The notes: generated by a model from the letters alone, not told the origin. Numbered from the stretch's first letter, positions 9,343-19,765 are shown. The stretch: 64,000 nucleotides of DNA from a virus (IMGVR_UViG_3300033233_000007), one strand, 5' to 3'. Program-made: numbers and translations.

Positions 9343-9682
9343 GTTCGACGGAAAGCTTCAGGACAACGAGGTCCTCCAGAGACTCGTCAGAAGCGTCATC
9401 GCGTCCATGAAAAGCGGCACGGCCACGTGCATCCTCTGCCGGCGCACACTCCCGAAGAGCACGGGCGTCTGCGGCGCGTACTTCCCGAACCGCGACGTCG
9501 TCACCGTCAAGGGGCCGGCCTACAGGATCAGCGCCTACGCCATGTGCGACGACTGTATCGACGCCAAGGGTATTGAAGAGGCGACGCGAAAGGCCACGCA
9601 GGAACTCGTCGCCGGCGGCGTGTTCCTCGATCGCACGATGTCGTCGGAACCGCGGGCGCTCGGTTTCCCGGAGGGGGCGTGA
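9335..9682 (+). CDS. hypothetical Cys-containing protein
   Basis: ORF overlapping the neighbouring start and stop codons. Confidence 0.4.
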   Translation: MPEFDGKLQDNEVLQRLVRSVIASMKSGTATCILCRRTLPKSTGVCGAYFPNRDVVTVKGPAYRISAYAMCDDCIDAKGIEEATRKATQELVAGGVFLDRTMSSEPRALGFPEGA

Positions 9683-11625
9683 TGGACGACGACCTCAAGA
9701 TCGACCGCATCTTGGCCCCCGGCGGCCTCGTGGCGCAGAAGCTTCCGGGCTACGAAGCCAGAGCCGGGCAGATCGAGATGGCCGTCGCCGTTGAACAGGC
9801 GCTGAAGGCGCAGAAGCATCTCGACATCGAAGCTCCTTGCGGCGTCGGCAAAACCTTCTCATACCTCCTGCCGCTCATCCTCGAGTGCGCCGAGAACAAG
9901 AAGACGGCCGTCGTGTGCACGGCCAACATCGCCCTTCAAGAGCAGTTGATAGACAAGGACTTGCCGTTCCTGAAGAAAATCCTGCCCGTCCCGTTCACGT
10001 ACACGCTCGCCAAAGGAATGGGCAACTACCTCTGCCTCGACCGGCTCCACCACGCGCGCGACAGCAGCCACGAACTTTCCGACGAAGCCGTGGAAGAACT
10101 CCGGGGCCTCGACGACTGGACCGTCAAGACCCAGGACGGCGACAAGAGCGAGATCGCGCTCAAGAGCGACCTGTGGCCCGCGATCTCCGGCAACTCCGAC
10201 CTCTGTAACGGTCGGCGCTGCGACGACTACGTGCCCTGCTTCATCATGAAAGCGCGCCGCACGTTCAAGACCGTGCACGTCGTCATCTGCAACTACCATC
10301 TCTTCTTCGCCAACGCGTCCATCCGCATGGAGTCGGGGCTTGAAGACCCGATCCTGCCCGAGTTCGACTACGTCGTCTGCGACGAAGCGCACGAAGCGGC
10401 CGACATCGCCCGAGACTACTTCGGCCTGAACCTCAAGCGCGGGTCCGTGAAGTTCCTCAAGCGCGCGGATAAGTACCTCGGCGATGCCGACCTCATGCAG
10501 CGGATCGGCAGCGCCAACGCCGAATTTTTCGACTCGGCCGAGACGTTCCTGAAGAACTCCAGAAACAAGAAGTGCTCCCGCTTCACCGCGCCCGGAACGC
10601 TCAAAGGCGACGGACTTGCCGCGGCCGTTTCGGAGTACGCGGAGAAAACCGAAGCCATGTTCGAAGGCACGTCGAAAGACGATAAGGAAAAGCGAGGGGC
10701 GCTGGAGAAGTGCATGCTGGCCGCCCACAGAATCGCCGGCGCTGCCGAAGGGTTCATGACGCTCGAGAACACGAACATGACGTACTTCGTGGAGGAAAGC
10801 GATGGGCGCATTAGCGTGCGGTCGAAGCTCATCGACGTGGGGGCTGTCCTGAAATCCGAACTTTTCGACCGCGCCAAGTCCGTCATCTCCACGTCCGCAA
10901 CGCTCACCGACGTCGGCAAGTCCTTCAGCTACTTCGACCGCGAACGTGGGAAGGTGCAGGGCGAGCGGCAGATCGTCGAATCGCCCTTCAACTTCAAAAA
11001 ACAGTGCCTGATCGTCACGCCAAACCTGGGCATCGTCGACCCGAACGCACCCGGCTTCGTCGAAGGCATGGCCGCCGTCATCAGCCACGTCATCACGGAA
11101 CTTGACGGCCGGACGATGTGCCTGTTCACGTCGTACAAGAACCTCAAAGCCTGCGCCGAGATCGCCAAGCGCAGCACCGACATCGAAATCCTGCAACAGG
11201 GCGACGCGCCGCGGATGAAGCTTCTGGAACGGCTCAAGACCGCGGGCCGCGGTGTCGCGCTCTTCGGCACGGACAGCTTCTGGCAGGGCGTCGATGTTCC
11301 GGGCCAGGCGCTGTCGTGCCTGACGATCGACAAGATTCCGTTCGAGCCGCCCGACGACCCCGTGCTGCAGGCCATGGGCGAACGGGACGCCGGGCTGTTC
11401 ATGAACGTATCGCTGCCGCGGGCCACGATCAAGCTGCGTCAGGGCTTCGGCCGGCTGATCCGAACGCTCACGGACGTCGGCGCCGTCGTGCTTTTCGACC
11501 CCCGCCTGCTCGTGAAACCGTACGGGAAACGAATCCTCACAAGCTTGCCCGAGTGCCGACTCACCGCCGACGTGGAGGAAATCTTCGCGCTCGTGCCGCC
11601 TGTTGAGGTAAAAGAAAAGGCGTGA
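9679..11625 (+). CDS. DinG/XPD(Rad3)-family ATP-dependent helicase
   Basis: Walker A CGVGKT, a DEAHE box and Fe-S cysteines CLDR...CNGRRC...C. Confidence 0.8.
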   Translation: MMDDDLKIDRILAPGGLVAQKLPGYEARAGQIEMAVAVEQALKAQKHLDIEAPCGVGKTFSYLLPLILECAENKKTAVVCTANIALQEQLIDKDLPFLKKILPVPFTYTLAKGMGNYLCLDRLHHARDSSHELSDEAVEELRGLDDWTVKTQDGDKSEIALKSDLWPAISGNSDLCNGRRCDDYVPCFIMKARRTFKTVHVVICNYHLFFANASIRMESGLEDPILPEFDYVVCDEAHEAADIARDYFGLNLKRGSVKFLKRADKYLGDADLMQRIGSANAEFFDSAETFLKNSRNKKCSRFTAPGTLKGDGLAAAVSEYAEKTEAMFEGTSKDDKEKRGALEKCMLAAHRIAGAAEGFMTLENTNMTYFVEESDGRISVRSKLIDVGAVLKSELFDRAKSVISTSATLTDVGKSFSYFDRERGKVQGERQIVESPFNFKKQCLIVTPNLGIVDPNAPGFVEGMAAVISHVITELDGRTMCLFTSYKNLKACAEIAKRSTDIEILQQGDAPRMKLLERLKTAGRGVALFGTDSFWQGVDVPGQALSCLTIDKIPFEPPDDPVLQAMGERDAGLFMNVSLPRATIKLRQGFGRLIRTLTDVGAVVLFDPRLLVKPYGKRILTSLPECRLTADVEEIFALVPPVEVKEKA

Positions 11626-12677
11626 AAGCGTACTACAACGACAACGACCCCTACGTCTGCGCGTGGATCAGCAATCTCATCAAGGCAGGAGAAATATCGC
11701 ATGGCGACGTCGACGACCGGCCGATCCAGAAAATCCGGCCAAAAGACCTCGATGGCTACGTCCAACATCACTTTTTCGCGGGCATCGGCGGCTGGGCGCT
11801 CGCGCTCAAACTCGCGGGATGGCCGGACGACCGGCCGTGCTGGACCGGCTCTCCGCCCTGCCAACCGTTCTCGACGGCGGGCAAGCGTAAAGGATTCACC
11901 GACAAGCGCCATCTCTGGCCGGCGTGGTTCCGGCTCATCCGCAGGTGCCGCCCTGGCATTATTTTTGGCGAACAGGTTGGAAGCAGGGACGGCCTTGCCT
12001 GGCTCGATCTTGTTTCGCGTGACCTGGAAAGAACGAGTTACGCCATCGGGGCGCTCGATCTCTGCGCTGCGGGCGCAGGCGCTCCGCACATTCGTCAACG
12101 GCTGTACATCGTGGCCGACTCCGCGCACGCCGACGGGCGGACCCGAAAGCGCCAAGCGCAAGAAAGAACTTGGGCGGAAGAACTCGGGAGGAGGCGATCT
12201 TCAGGCGGCGGCGCTTCTGACCGGATGGCCAAGTCCGATGGCGGGTTCGCCCGCGTCAAAAAAGTACAACGAGGCGGGCAACAACGACAGCAGCCGCAGG
12301 ACCGTATCTCTAGCGAGATGGAACTCTCCGCGAGCGACAGACGGGGGGCGACCCCCACGGCGAGCGAGAAGGTGCGATCCCACCCGGAAATTTCTGGAAG
12401 GGCGAACGCCGAACGCCCGCGAAGCAGCGGCTTCTGGTCCGACGCCGGATGGCTCCTCTGCCGCGACGGCAAGTACCGGCCCGTCCCTCTTGCTGAATCC
12501 GAAGTTCTCGGCGTGGCTCCAAGGATTCCCTCCGGCGTGGGACAGGCTTGCCCCGAAAGGTTCCCCGTCACGGGGAAGACGCCGAGGCGCATCGCACGTC
12601 TGAGGGGCTTCGGAAATTCAATCGTTCCTCCACTCGCCGCCGAATTCGTAAAGGCGTACATGGAACTGAAGCCGTGA
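11622..12677 (+). CDS. DNA (cytosine-5) methyltransferase
   Basis: Motif I FAGIGG, motif IV PCQPFS and a C-terminal GNSIVPP. Confidence 0.8.
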   Translation: MKAYYNDNDPYVCAWISNLIKAGEISHGDVDDRPIQKIRPKDLDGYVQHHFFAGIGGWALALKLAGWPDDRPCWTGSPPCQPFSTAGKRKGFTDKRHLWPAWFRLIRRCRPGIIFGEQVGSRDGLAWLDLVSRDLERTSYAIGALDLCAAGAGAPHIRQRLYIVADSAHADGRTRKRQAQERTWAEELGRRRSSGGGASDRMAKSDGGFARVKKVQRGGQQRQQPQDRISSEMELSASDRRGATPTASEKVRSHPEISGRANAERPRSSGFWSDAGWLLCRDGKYRPVPLAESEVLGVAPRIPSGVGQACPERFPVTGKTPRRIARLRGFGNSIVPPLAAEFVKAYMELKP

Positions 12678-12757
12678 GAAAGATCGTCCTCGATCTCTGC
12701 GCTGGCATGGGTTCGTGGTCCCTCCCGTACGCGGAGGCGTTTTTTTGAGGCCAACAC

Positions 12758-13342
12758 GTGAAGTACGTGATCGTCGACTTGGAAGCCGCGTGCTGGCGGG
12801 CCGAACGTCCTGAAGACGCCGCACGTGTCGCCGAATACCAACACGAGCATTCCGAGATCATCGAGATCGGCGCCGTGAAGTTGGGTGGGAAAGACGCTAC
12901 GGATGACGAGTTCGACAGCTTCGTTAAGCCCACGATCGTGCCCACGCTCTCCGACTTTTGCATGAAGCTGACCACGATATCGCAGGAGGACGTCGACACG
13001 GCACCGATCTTTCCCGTCGTTTTCGCCGACTTCGTCAGCGGACTCGAGGACGTGGAAAGCACGATCCTGTGCTCGTGGGGACAGTATGATTGGGACATGC
13101 TCAAGAAGGAGTGCGACCGTTACGGGATCGTCTTCCCATTCGTCCACCACGTCAACGTGAAGGAACGCTTTATGCAGAAGTACGGAGGCAAACACGTCGG
13201 TGTACAGAAGGCGCTCAGGAAGCTTGGGATGATAAAGGAACTCAGGAAGCTCGGCCTGACCTTCACCTTCACGGGTATCCCTCATCGTGGCATCGACGAC
13301 GCTCGTAACATCGTCACGATCTTCAAGGCCCTCGGCGGCTAA
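12758..13342 (+). CDS. DEDDh 3'-5' exonuclease (DnaQ-like)
   Basis: Exo motifs VDLEA, EIIEIGAV and HRGIDDA. Confidence 0.75.
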   Translation: MKYVIVDLEAACWRAERPEDAARVAEYQHEHSEIIEIGAVKLGGKDATDDEFDSFVKPTIVPTLSDFCMKLTTISQEDVDTAPIFPVVFADFVSGLEDVESTILCSWGQYDWDMLKKECDRYGIVFPFVHHVNVKERFMQKYGGKHVGVQKALRKLGMIKELRKLGLTFTFTGIPHRGIDDARNIVTIFKALGG

Positions 13343-13459
13343 GGGGAGCCCACACGGTAACGAGGTGGTGCGTGGCGGGGTCTTTTACGCCCCCGACGGA
13401 GGAGGGGCCCTGAAAACAACTTCTACTAAGGATACTTATATAGATGGAGTGAAAGGGGA

Positions 13460-13500
13460 GATGGTGCACACACGCACCAAATGTGCGTGTGTGCACCATC
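13460..13500. repeat. perfect 18-bp-stem palindrome (GATGGTGCACACACGCAC caaat GTGCGTGTGTGCACCATC)
   Basis: Direct reading of the sequence. Confidence 0.9.
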
Positions 13501-13539
13501 TAAAAGGGAGACCTTCGAAATCTCTTCAAAAACACGGTT

Positions 13540-14388
13540 TTGCAAAATCCACGAGCGTGTGTCTTGACTCTCTACCAGGGAAGACGTAAAGTGATCTCGC
13601 TACCACGATGCTTAACTCCCACGATCCGTGCCGGCGCCCTCACTTTAGCGTCGTTGGTAGCACTTCACGTCAGTATGAGGCCCGGCGCGGTTCATGGGAG
13701 TTTGGAGGCGTGCGTGAAAGCGATACCGCTTACGCAGGGCAAGTTCGCGTGGGTAGATGATGCGGACTTTGAGAAGTTGTCGACGCTCAAGTGGGGCGCC
13801 TTAAAAGGCAGGCGCTACTGCTGGTACGCGAGGCATGTCGTGAAGATGGGTCAGAAAATCGGCGCAGTCTTGATGCACCGAATGATCTTGAGCGCTCCCT
13901 CGGGTTTCGAAGTTGACCACATCGACGGAGACGGGCTGAACAACACGCGAAAAAATTTGCGGCTTTGCACCAGTTCGCAAAATAAGCACAACTTTCCTAA
14001 GTTTCGCAACGGGTCGTCAAGGTACAAGGGCGTCTCGTGGAGCAAGCATTCTAAAAAGTGGAATGCTCAGATCGTGCGCCGCCATCTCGGGCTCTTCTCC
14101 AACGAACGTGCCGCTGCCCGTGCGTATGATAAGGCGGCCATGAAGATGTTCGGCAAGTTCGCCAGAGTGAATTTTAACGGGCCGTTGAAGACGGGTCCGA
14201 CCGCCAAGCAGTTCGAGCGGGAGGCACGCCGCTATGATTTGGCGGCTCGGTTCGCCATATCAAAACATGACGGAAGTCGGTTTTGTTCTTACGCTCGAGA
14301 GCTTCGTAGGCAGGCGAAGATCGTGTGTGGATCGAAGCCTTTAGCGCCCATGAAGACATTTTTCCGGGAAACTAGACGGAAAACTTGA
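13540..14388 (+). CDS. HNH-AP2 homing endonuclease (true start probably the GTG/ATG near 13717)
   Basis: HNH_3 segment IPLTQGKFAWVDDADF...VDHIDGDGLNNTRKNLRLCTSSQN. AP2 segment YKGVSW...AARAYD. Confidence 0.75.
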   Translation: MQNPRACVLTLYQGRRKVISLPRCLTPTIRAGALTLASLVALHVSMRPGAVHGSLEACVKAIPLTQGKFAWVDDADFEKLSTLKWGALKGRRYCWYARHVVKMGQKIGAVLMHRMILSAPSGFEVDHIDGDGLNNTRKNLRLCTSSQNKHNFPKFRNGSSRYKGVSWSKHSKKWNAQIVRRHLGLFSNERAAARAYDKAAMKMFGKFARVNFNGPLKTGPTAKQFEREARRYDLAARFAISKHDGSRFCSYARELRRQAKIVCGSKPLAPMKTFFRETRRKT

Positions 14389-14494
14389 TCGCGTGTCGTC
14401 ATGACGATATCCTTTGCACCCGTGGGAACCTTGGTAGTAGAATCATTCAGCCCCCGCCGCCGGTTCGTCTCGCCACTAGGGTTCACCCACACAC

Positions 14495-14520
14495 GGCCAG
14501 GGGGCCTTTTTATTTCATGG
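14495..14520 (+). terminator. possible intrinsic terminator (GGCCAGGGGGCC followed by TTTTTATTT)
   Basis: GC hairpin followed by a T-run, after the HNH gene. Confidence 0.4.
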
Positions 14521-14527
14521 TGATGGC

Positions 14528-15007
14528 GTGGACACAACCGGCAAGAAAAAGTCTCGTGCTTTCTTCTTCTCCGAGCGAAAGCGGACGCTAACCGACCTTG
14601 CGCTCTCCTGCCTTCTGGACGGGGGCAAGAAAACCAGCGCCGCGTATAAAGTCCTCCTCGCGCTCAGATACTTCTCCGAAGCCGACCACACCGCTCGCGT
14701 AGCCCTCAGCATCATCGCAGATGGCGCCGGCATCTCGCGATGGGCCGTGAGACGCGGGATCAAGGAATTGGCCGCGTGCAGGATCATCACTATCATCGAC
14801 GACAATTACTTCCGCCTGTGGACGGGCCCCGCCCACGTGCTCGGACGGCTTGTCAAGGAGGATCAGAAGCGGCCCTACGCCGAGCAGAAAATTCCGCCGC
14901 GGCTCGGGTACTGGATCAAGAAGCACGAGACGCAGGACAAGAACAACGCCGAGCGCAGGATTCGCAAGCAGGACCAGAACGTCATCGGCAAAGAACTCAT
15001 CAAGTAA
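14528..15007 (+). CDS. hypothetical winged-helix DNA-binding protein
   Basis: ORF containing the HTH-like segment GISRWAVRRGIKEL. Confidence 0.4.
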   Translation: MDTTGKKKSRAFFFSERKRTLTDLALSCLLDGGKKTSAAYKVLLALRYFSEADHTARVALSIIADGAGISRWAVRRGIKELAACRIITIIDDNYFRLWTGPAHVLGRLVKEDQKRPYAEQKIPPRLGYWIKKHETQDKNNAERRIRKQDQNVIGKELIK

Positions 15008-15406
15008 ATGCTCGACCCGACGAAGTTGCTCATCGACGGTGAGGGCTGTGTGGACGGCCCTATCGTCCGCTCCGGTCACAAGCACTGGGCGGCAACCGTG
15101 ACGCCGAATTCCCGGTCGTCGCTCGGATGCAGCCGCAAGTGGTGGCGCCGTGCGGCTTGGTGCCGCTATCACGTTCCTCCGAAGCTCAAGTCCGGCGACG
15201 TGGTGGAGTTTCGCGTTGCCGACAGACACGCCGCCGGCGACAGCGAAGGTCATAGCGAGCGGCAGTTCAGGTTCATCGGCGTCGTCGTGGCGAGGTCAGA
15301 GACCGCGATTCTGCTGGCGGAAGAGATGTCGATCGAGAGTGCGTTCGACATGATCGGGGCGAAGAGGAAGAAGAAGAACTCTCCGGGCGCTGCGTCCGGG
15401 GTCTGA
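15008..15406 (+). CDS. hypothetical protein
   Basis: ORF abutting the preceding stop codon. Confidence 0.3.
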   Translation: MLDPTKLLIDGEGCVDGPIVRSGHKHWAATVTPNSRSSLGCSRKWWRRAAWCRYHVPPKLKSGDVVEFRVADRHAAGDSEGHSERQFRFIGVVVARSETAILLAEEMSIESAFDMIGAKRKKKNSPGAASGV

Positions 15407-15436
15407 TCTGAACGGTCTTTTTTCTGGAGAGAGAAG

Positions 15437-17392
15437 ATGCTGCCGGAATCCCATCCGCTTTATCAGTCGTTTCTGCTTTTGTCGGCGCTTTTTAAGGCGG
15501 CCGATGCCCGCTGGTGGGTCGAGTTTCGCTTCATTAGCCGCGAGGGCGGCCCCGTGAAGACGGAGTGGCTCAGGGTCGAGCAACTGGCCGACGGGTTCGA
15601 GTTCCTCGTCCCGCACATCCAGAAGATGAACGACGACGGCTACGACTGCTACTTCGGCGTCAACCCGCGGGTCCTGAAGCCCAAGACCGGCGCCGGCACC
15701 AACGACATCGTCTCGCACGGGTGCAGCGTCTGGCTCGACATCGACCGCGACGACGCCGTTACGATTCTCAAAGCCGCCGATCCCCTGCCGTCGGCGGTCG
15801 TTAAGACGGGGTCGGTGGGCCATGCCCAGGCTTACTGGTTCTTCGACGCTCCCGTGCCGATCGAGTCGGCCGTGGCGTTGACCAACAAGTACGTGGGCCG
15901 GTACCACGGCGACAACACGAGCGACCCCGCCCGCGTGTTCCGGCTGCCCGGTACGATGAATCTCAAGCACCCCGAGGGCCAGATCAGCGAACTGATCGCT
16001 CTCGACGAAGACGCCCGCATCCAGAACGTGGAGACCGCGATTGAGCAGGAGCAGGCCAAGCCCAAGACCGTCGAGGACCTTTTGAGAAGCGGCGCCGTCT
16101 CTTTCGAGATCGTCCAGATCATCCGGGAAGGCCACTCCGTCGCGCCGATCGATCCCGAGAAGGGCCGCGTGGACAAATCCAAACTTGACTTCCGCGTCGC
16201 CGCGGAGCTTTTCGTCGCCGGCGCGACCGAGGACATGGTCCGCGACGTCTTCACGAACCCGATGTACAAAATATCCGCGCACTACCTCGAGGAGGAAAAG
16301 CAGAAGGCCAACGGGACGAACTACATCGAGCGCACGATCGAGGCCGCGCGCTCCCGCGCCGACAACGAGATCAACCGCTCGATCATTCAGGACAAGGAAC
16401 TCGTCATCTTCGACGTGGCCCGCCTCAAGGACATCCCGCCGGTCCAGTGGCTTGTGCGGCCCATCATCGCCATGAACTCCCTGACGATCGTGGCCGGCGA
16501 GCAGAAAGTCGGAAAGAGCCTCGGCGTGCTGGACCTGGCGCTCATGCTGGCGGCCGGCCATCACGACAAGTGGCTCGACCGCTATGAAGTCGCCAGCCAG
16601 AAACGCGTGCTCATCTGCACGAGCGAAACGGGTGAGGCCACGCTCAAGACGCGGATGGTCGCCATCGCCAATTCTCGTGGGATCGACTGGCTCGGACTCT
16701 CGGGCCGTCTGTTCTACCAGCACGTCCCTTTCACGCTGACGAACTACGAAATCCAGAACGCGATGATCCGCGCGCTGGAGAAGCATAAGATCGAGGTGCT
16801 CATCATCGATCCCCTGAATCGCTACCACCTATCCAATGAGAACGACGCCAAGGACATGACCATGCTCCTTCAGGGCCTCGACAAAGTCGCCCGGAGCGCG
16901 GGCGTCGTCAGCACGATACTGGTGCACCACTTCAACAAGCCCTCGGGCGACAACCCGAAGATCGGCGCCCACCAGCTTCGCGGGTCCACGGTCCTGGCCT
17001 CGTGGGGGTCGACTTATATTTTGTGCTCGCGCCGCGAGAGCTTCGGCGGCAAGACGTACGTGCGCTTCAGCTTTGAACTGCGGGAGGCCGAGACGCCGAT
17101 GCCGTTTTCCATGGAACTCGATTCCATGACCCTGCGTTTTCGCGACTACTCCATCGAGACCGAGCGGGTCATGCAGACGCTGGCGATCGTGCGACAGTTG
17201 CCTGCGGCGGCCAACGAAGAGATCGTCTCGCGGCTCACGGAGAATAAGATCGTCTCTAATAAGACCGAAGCGCAGAACCTCATCCAGCGGGCCAAGAGGA
17301 TCATGACGGATCAGAAGGACGTGGAGCAGAAGATCGACGGGACCGCCGAAGAGGCCGGTCCCGATGTCGGGCCCGATACGTCTACGACTTGA
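15437..17392 (+). CDS. primase-polymerase (prim-pol) fused to a RepA/DnaB-like helicase
   Basis: The N-terminal part is prim-pol-like with the segment VWLDIDRDD. The C-terminal part has Walker A AGEQKVGKS and Walker B VLIIDPLN. Confidence 0.8.
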   Translation: MLPESHPLYQSFLLLSALFKAADARWWVEFRFISREGGPVKTEWLRVEQLADGFEFLVPHIQKMNDDGYDCYFGVNPRVLKPKTGAGTNDIVSHGCSVWLDIDRDDAVTILKAADPLPSAVVKTGSVGHAQAYWFFDAPVPIESAVALTNKYVGRYHGDNTSDPARVFRLPGTMNLKHPEGQISELIALDEDARIQNVETAIEQEQAKPKTVEDLLRSGAVSFEIVQIIREGHSVAPIDPEKGRVDKSKLDFRVAAELFVAGATEDMVRDVFTNPMYKISAHYLEEEKQKANGTNYIERTIEAARSRADNEINRSIIQDKELVIFDVARLKDIPPVQWLVRPIIAMNSLTIVAGEQKVGKSLGVLDLALMLAAGHHDKWLDRYEVASQKRVLICTSETGEATLKTRMVAIANSRGIDWLGLSGRLFYQHVPFTLTNYEIQNAMIRALEKHKIEVLIIDPLNRYHLSNENDAKDMTMLLQGLDKVARSAGVVSTILVHHFNKPSGDNPKIGAHQLRGSTVLASWGSTYILCSRRESFGGKTYVRFSFELREAETPMPFSMELDSMTLRFRDYSIETERVMQTLAIVRQLPAAANEEIVSRLTENKIVSNKTEAQNLIQRAKRIMTDQKDVEQKIDGTAEEAGPDVGPDTSTT

Positions 17393-17483
17393 AAAAAGAA
17401 CCGTGATGAACTACAGTAGTCTTCTCTCTCCAGAGCCGGCGAGGAATGCGCGACCGCCATATCCCTTCCTGCCGGTGCGCCTC

Positions 17484-17525
17484 GGCCGGCCCAGGAACTC
17501 TCTCTCTTGGGCCGGCCTTCTTTTG
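17484..17525 (+). terminator. intrinsic terminator (10-bp GC stem GGCCGGCCCA...TGGGCCGGCC followed by TTCTTTTG)
   Basis: Direct reading, downstream of the primase-helicase gene. Confidence 0.7.
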
Positions 17526-17660
17526 ATAGTCCCCGCGTCTTCCTTGCTCGGTCCCGGACACATGACTATGCGTCCGGGGTCGCAAATTTTGGCGGGGCCC
17601 CGGTTCTTGGTTTCGAAGAAGTGGGCATGTGCATAAACCGACGGGGCCCTGCCTTTTGAT

Positions 17661-18206
17661 ATGAAAGCCGCGAAACAGGCCGACGACCTTCAACTTTCGC
17701 AGGATCAACTGGCGAGGATGCAGCGCGCCTTCGCCAAGACTCGTGAAGAAGAGCGGGCGCTGGAGGCGAGCCCTTCGCCGCCTGTGGCGCCTGCTCTGAT
17801 TTTTGAAGCCGTCGCGCTCAAAAAAGAAAAGATGCCGAAGCTCGTCGTCGAGACCGTCAAGCGCCACGGCGAAGTCGTCGAGGTCCCGTTCGTGATCCCC
17901 GATCCGAAGCGGGTGAAGCCTGCGGAGCGCAACAACCCCGAGGGCGAGGACCTGCGGAAGAAGACCGCGATCTGGATCGTGAAGAACCCCGAATACTGGA
18001 AGATGATCCGCCTGCGAGCGGAGGAGTTCGTGGCTGCGGGCAAGCACGTCAGCATTCACCTGATCGTCGAGGCCGTGAAGTACGAGAATGCGCTGTACTC
18101 GAAACTGAAGATGTCGAACGATCTGCGTCCGTATATTTCTCGCGCTCTCGCCGCCGTGATCCCCGGCTATGAGGCGCTCGTTGATTTTAAGGAGACGGCA
18201 TGGTAA
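17661..18206 (+). CDS. hypothetical protein
   Basis: ORF with no obvious SD. It is preceded by a CTTTTGATA motif. Confidence 0.45.
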   Translation: MKAAKQADDLQLSQDQLARMQRAFAKTREEERALEASPSPPVAPALIFEAVALKKEKMPKLVVETVKRHGEVVEVPFVIPDPKRVKPAERNNPEGEDLRKKTAIWIVKNPEYWKMIRLRAEEFVAAGKHVSIHLIVEAVKYENALYSKLKMSNDLRPYISRALAAVIPGYEALVDFKETAW

Positions 18207-18538
18207 ATCAAGCGGACAGCGTTACGGACGCCGGTCATCACTACGAGCAGCTTAAGCTTCCGTTTGACCCTGCCACCGCCTCGCTGCGCGCCGGAGCGCA
18301 AGCGATCTCCGGCGGTCCGAGCGATGGCACGATCTCGCTAGTCGGGGCCCCGCGCTACGTTCAGTACCGCTGCCTCAACGGGCACGAGTGGACGCTCGAC
18401 ACGCTCACGCGGAAAGACTGGAACTCGCCCGTGAACCTCTGTCACTACGACGACGCTTTCTGTCCTCGTTGCCTGCACGACTTCTTTCAGCGTCGCGGTT
18501 CGATCCCGAAGGTCGAAGTCGTCAAGAAATGGTCGTGA
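18200..18538 (+). CDS. hypothetical Cys/His-rich protein
   Basis: ORF. Confidence 0.4.
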   Translation: MVNQADSVTDAGHHYEQLKLPFDPATASLRAGAQAISGGPSDGTISLVGAPRYVQYRCLNGHEWTLDTLTRKDWNSPVNLCHYDDAFCPRCLHDFFQRRGSIPKVEVVKKWS

Positions 18539-18876
18539 AGCGCTCCACCGCCATCATGATCTCCATGACGGCCGCCGTGCTCCTGTCGGGCTTGGCGCAG
18601 TGGGCGTGGTCGTGGCCGCAGGACCCGCCTTTCATCTGGGCGTCGCGATGGGTCGTGATCGTCGTCGGCGACGTGGCGGCGATCTCCTTCTTCTTGTTCG
18701 CCTTGGCCGCGGCCATCACCGCCCGAGACAGAGACATCGAGCCGCGTCTGCCGCCTGTACAGCCCGTACATCCTCTGATGGCTCGCCTCTGTGCCGAGGT
18801 CGGCCACTCGTGGATGGACCTGGCGCTCGGGGACCGCATGTGCCGGAACTGCGGGGTGCAAGAGGACGGTAAGTGA
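18529..18876 (+). CDS. hypothetical membrane protein (2 TM)
   Basis: ORF with two hydrophobic segments. The start was chosen at MVVKRST. Confidence 0.35.
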   Translation: MVVKRSTAIMISMTAAVLLSGLAQWAWSWPQDPPFIWASRWVVIVVGDVAAISFFLFALAAAITARDRDIEPRLPPVQPVHPLMARLCAEVGHSWMDLALGDRMCRNCGVQEDGK

Positions 18877-19183
18877 GTCCACTCAAAATTCACAAGAACG
18901 ACGCCAGCGGGCTCCAGATCGAGTGGAGAGGCTTCCTGCTGACGTTGCGGCCGAATGAGCATCACGGCTTGGCCGGTTCCATCACTCTTAAGGACGAGGA
19001 CGGGCTTCAGTCGCTGGAGTTTCATGGGAAACACCCGGAGCAGGCGTTTCCGCTCGAAGTCCACACACCGAGATAAGGTGTCCCTGTCTCACGAGATCGC
19101 CGCGTCGTAAGCGATCATTTTCTCGAAACTGCTGGACTTGCCGCTTGCGAGTCCTATCATAGAAACGGACATTTAGGGGGAAG

Positions 19184-19765
19184 TTGATGCCGCATTTGAT
19201 GTTCGGCCAGGCCACGAGTCCGGCGCCGAAGGCTTCGGTCTCATCCGCGCCGATGCGCGCCTCCACGGCCGCGCGGCCTACGATGAACTATCCCACGTAC
19301 ATGGGCGGTTTCGTCCCAGGCCCGAAGCTCGCCCGCCGTGCCGTGCGGCCGGCCTCCGTGAACCCCTACACGACGTCCGTGAGCATGTACCCGACGACGG
19401 GCGGCATCAGCGGCGTTAGCGCCGTCGCTCCGATGGCCCAGGTGCGCCGCGCGAAGGCCGCGCCGGCCCCGTCACCGTACGGAAACTCCCTCTCGCCGTA
19501 CGCCGTGGCGTCGGCCACGGACCAGAGGATCGCCTGCCCCGTGACGCCGGCTTTTGCGCAATCCGTGCGCTCGCCGTTTTTCAAAGCCGAGCCGATCACG
19601 GTGACGATGCCAACGCAGCCGTCGTTTTATCAGCCGGGTGTGCCGTCGCAGCCGATCGCCGAGTACGTCAGGATTGATGTGCCGAGGATCGTGGCGCGAG
19701 AGGCCGCGCCGTACACACAGGGCGCGAACGTGTTGGCGCCGTATGAAGGGGCGCGGGTGTACTAG
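19184..19765 (+). CDS. hypothetical Ala/Pro-rich protein
   Basis: ORF with a GGGGGAAG RBS. Confidence 0.45.
   Translation: MMPHLMFGQATSPAPKASVSSAPMRASTAARPTMNYPTYMGGFVPGPKLARRAVRPASVNPYTTSVSMYPTTGGISGVSAVAPMAQVRRAKAAPAPSPYGNSLSPYAVASATDQRIACPVTPAFAQSVRSPFFKAEPITVTMPTQPSFYQPGVPSQPIAEYVRIDVPRIVAREAAPYTQGANVLAPYEGARVY

Noticed and set aside
14389-14527. Coding potential in the spacer after the HNH-AP2 gene
   Set aside because: Only short ORFs are present. The region is better explained by the GGCCAGGGGGCC hairpin plus T-run terminator.
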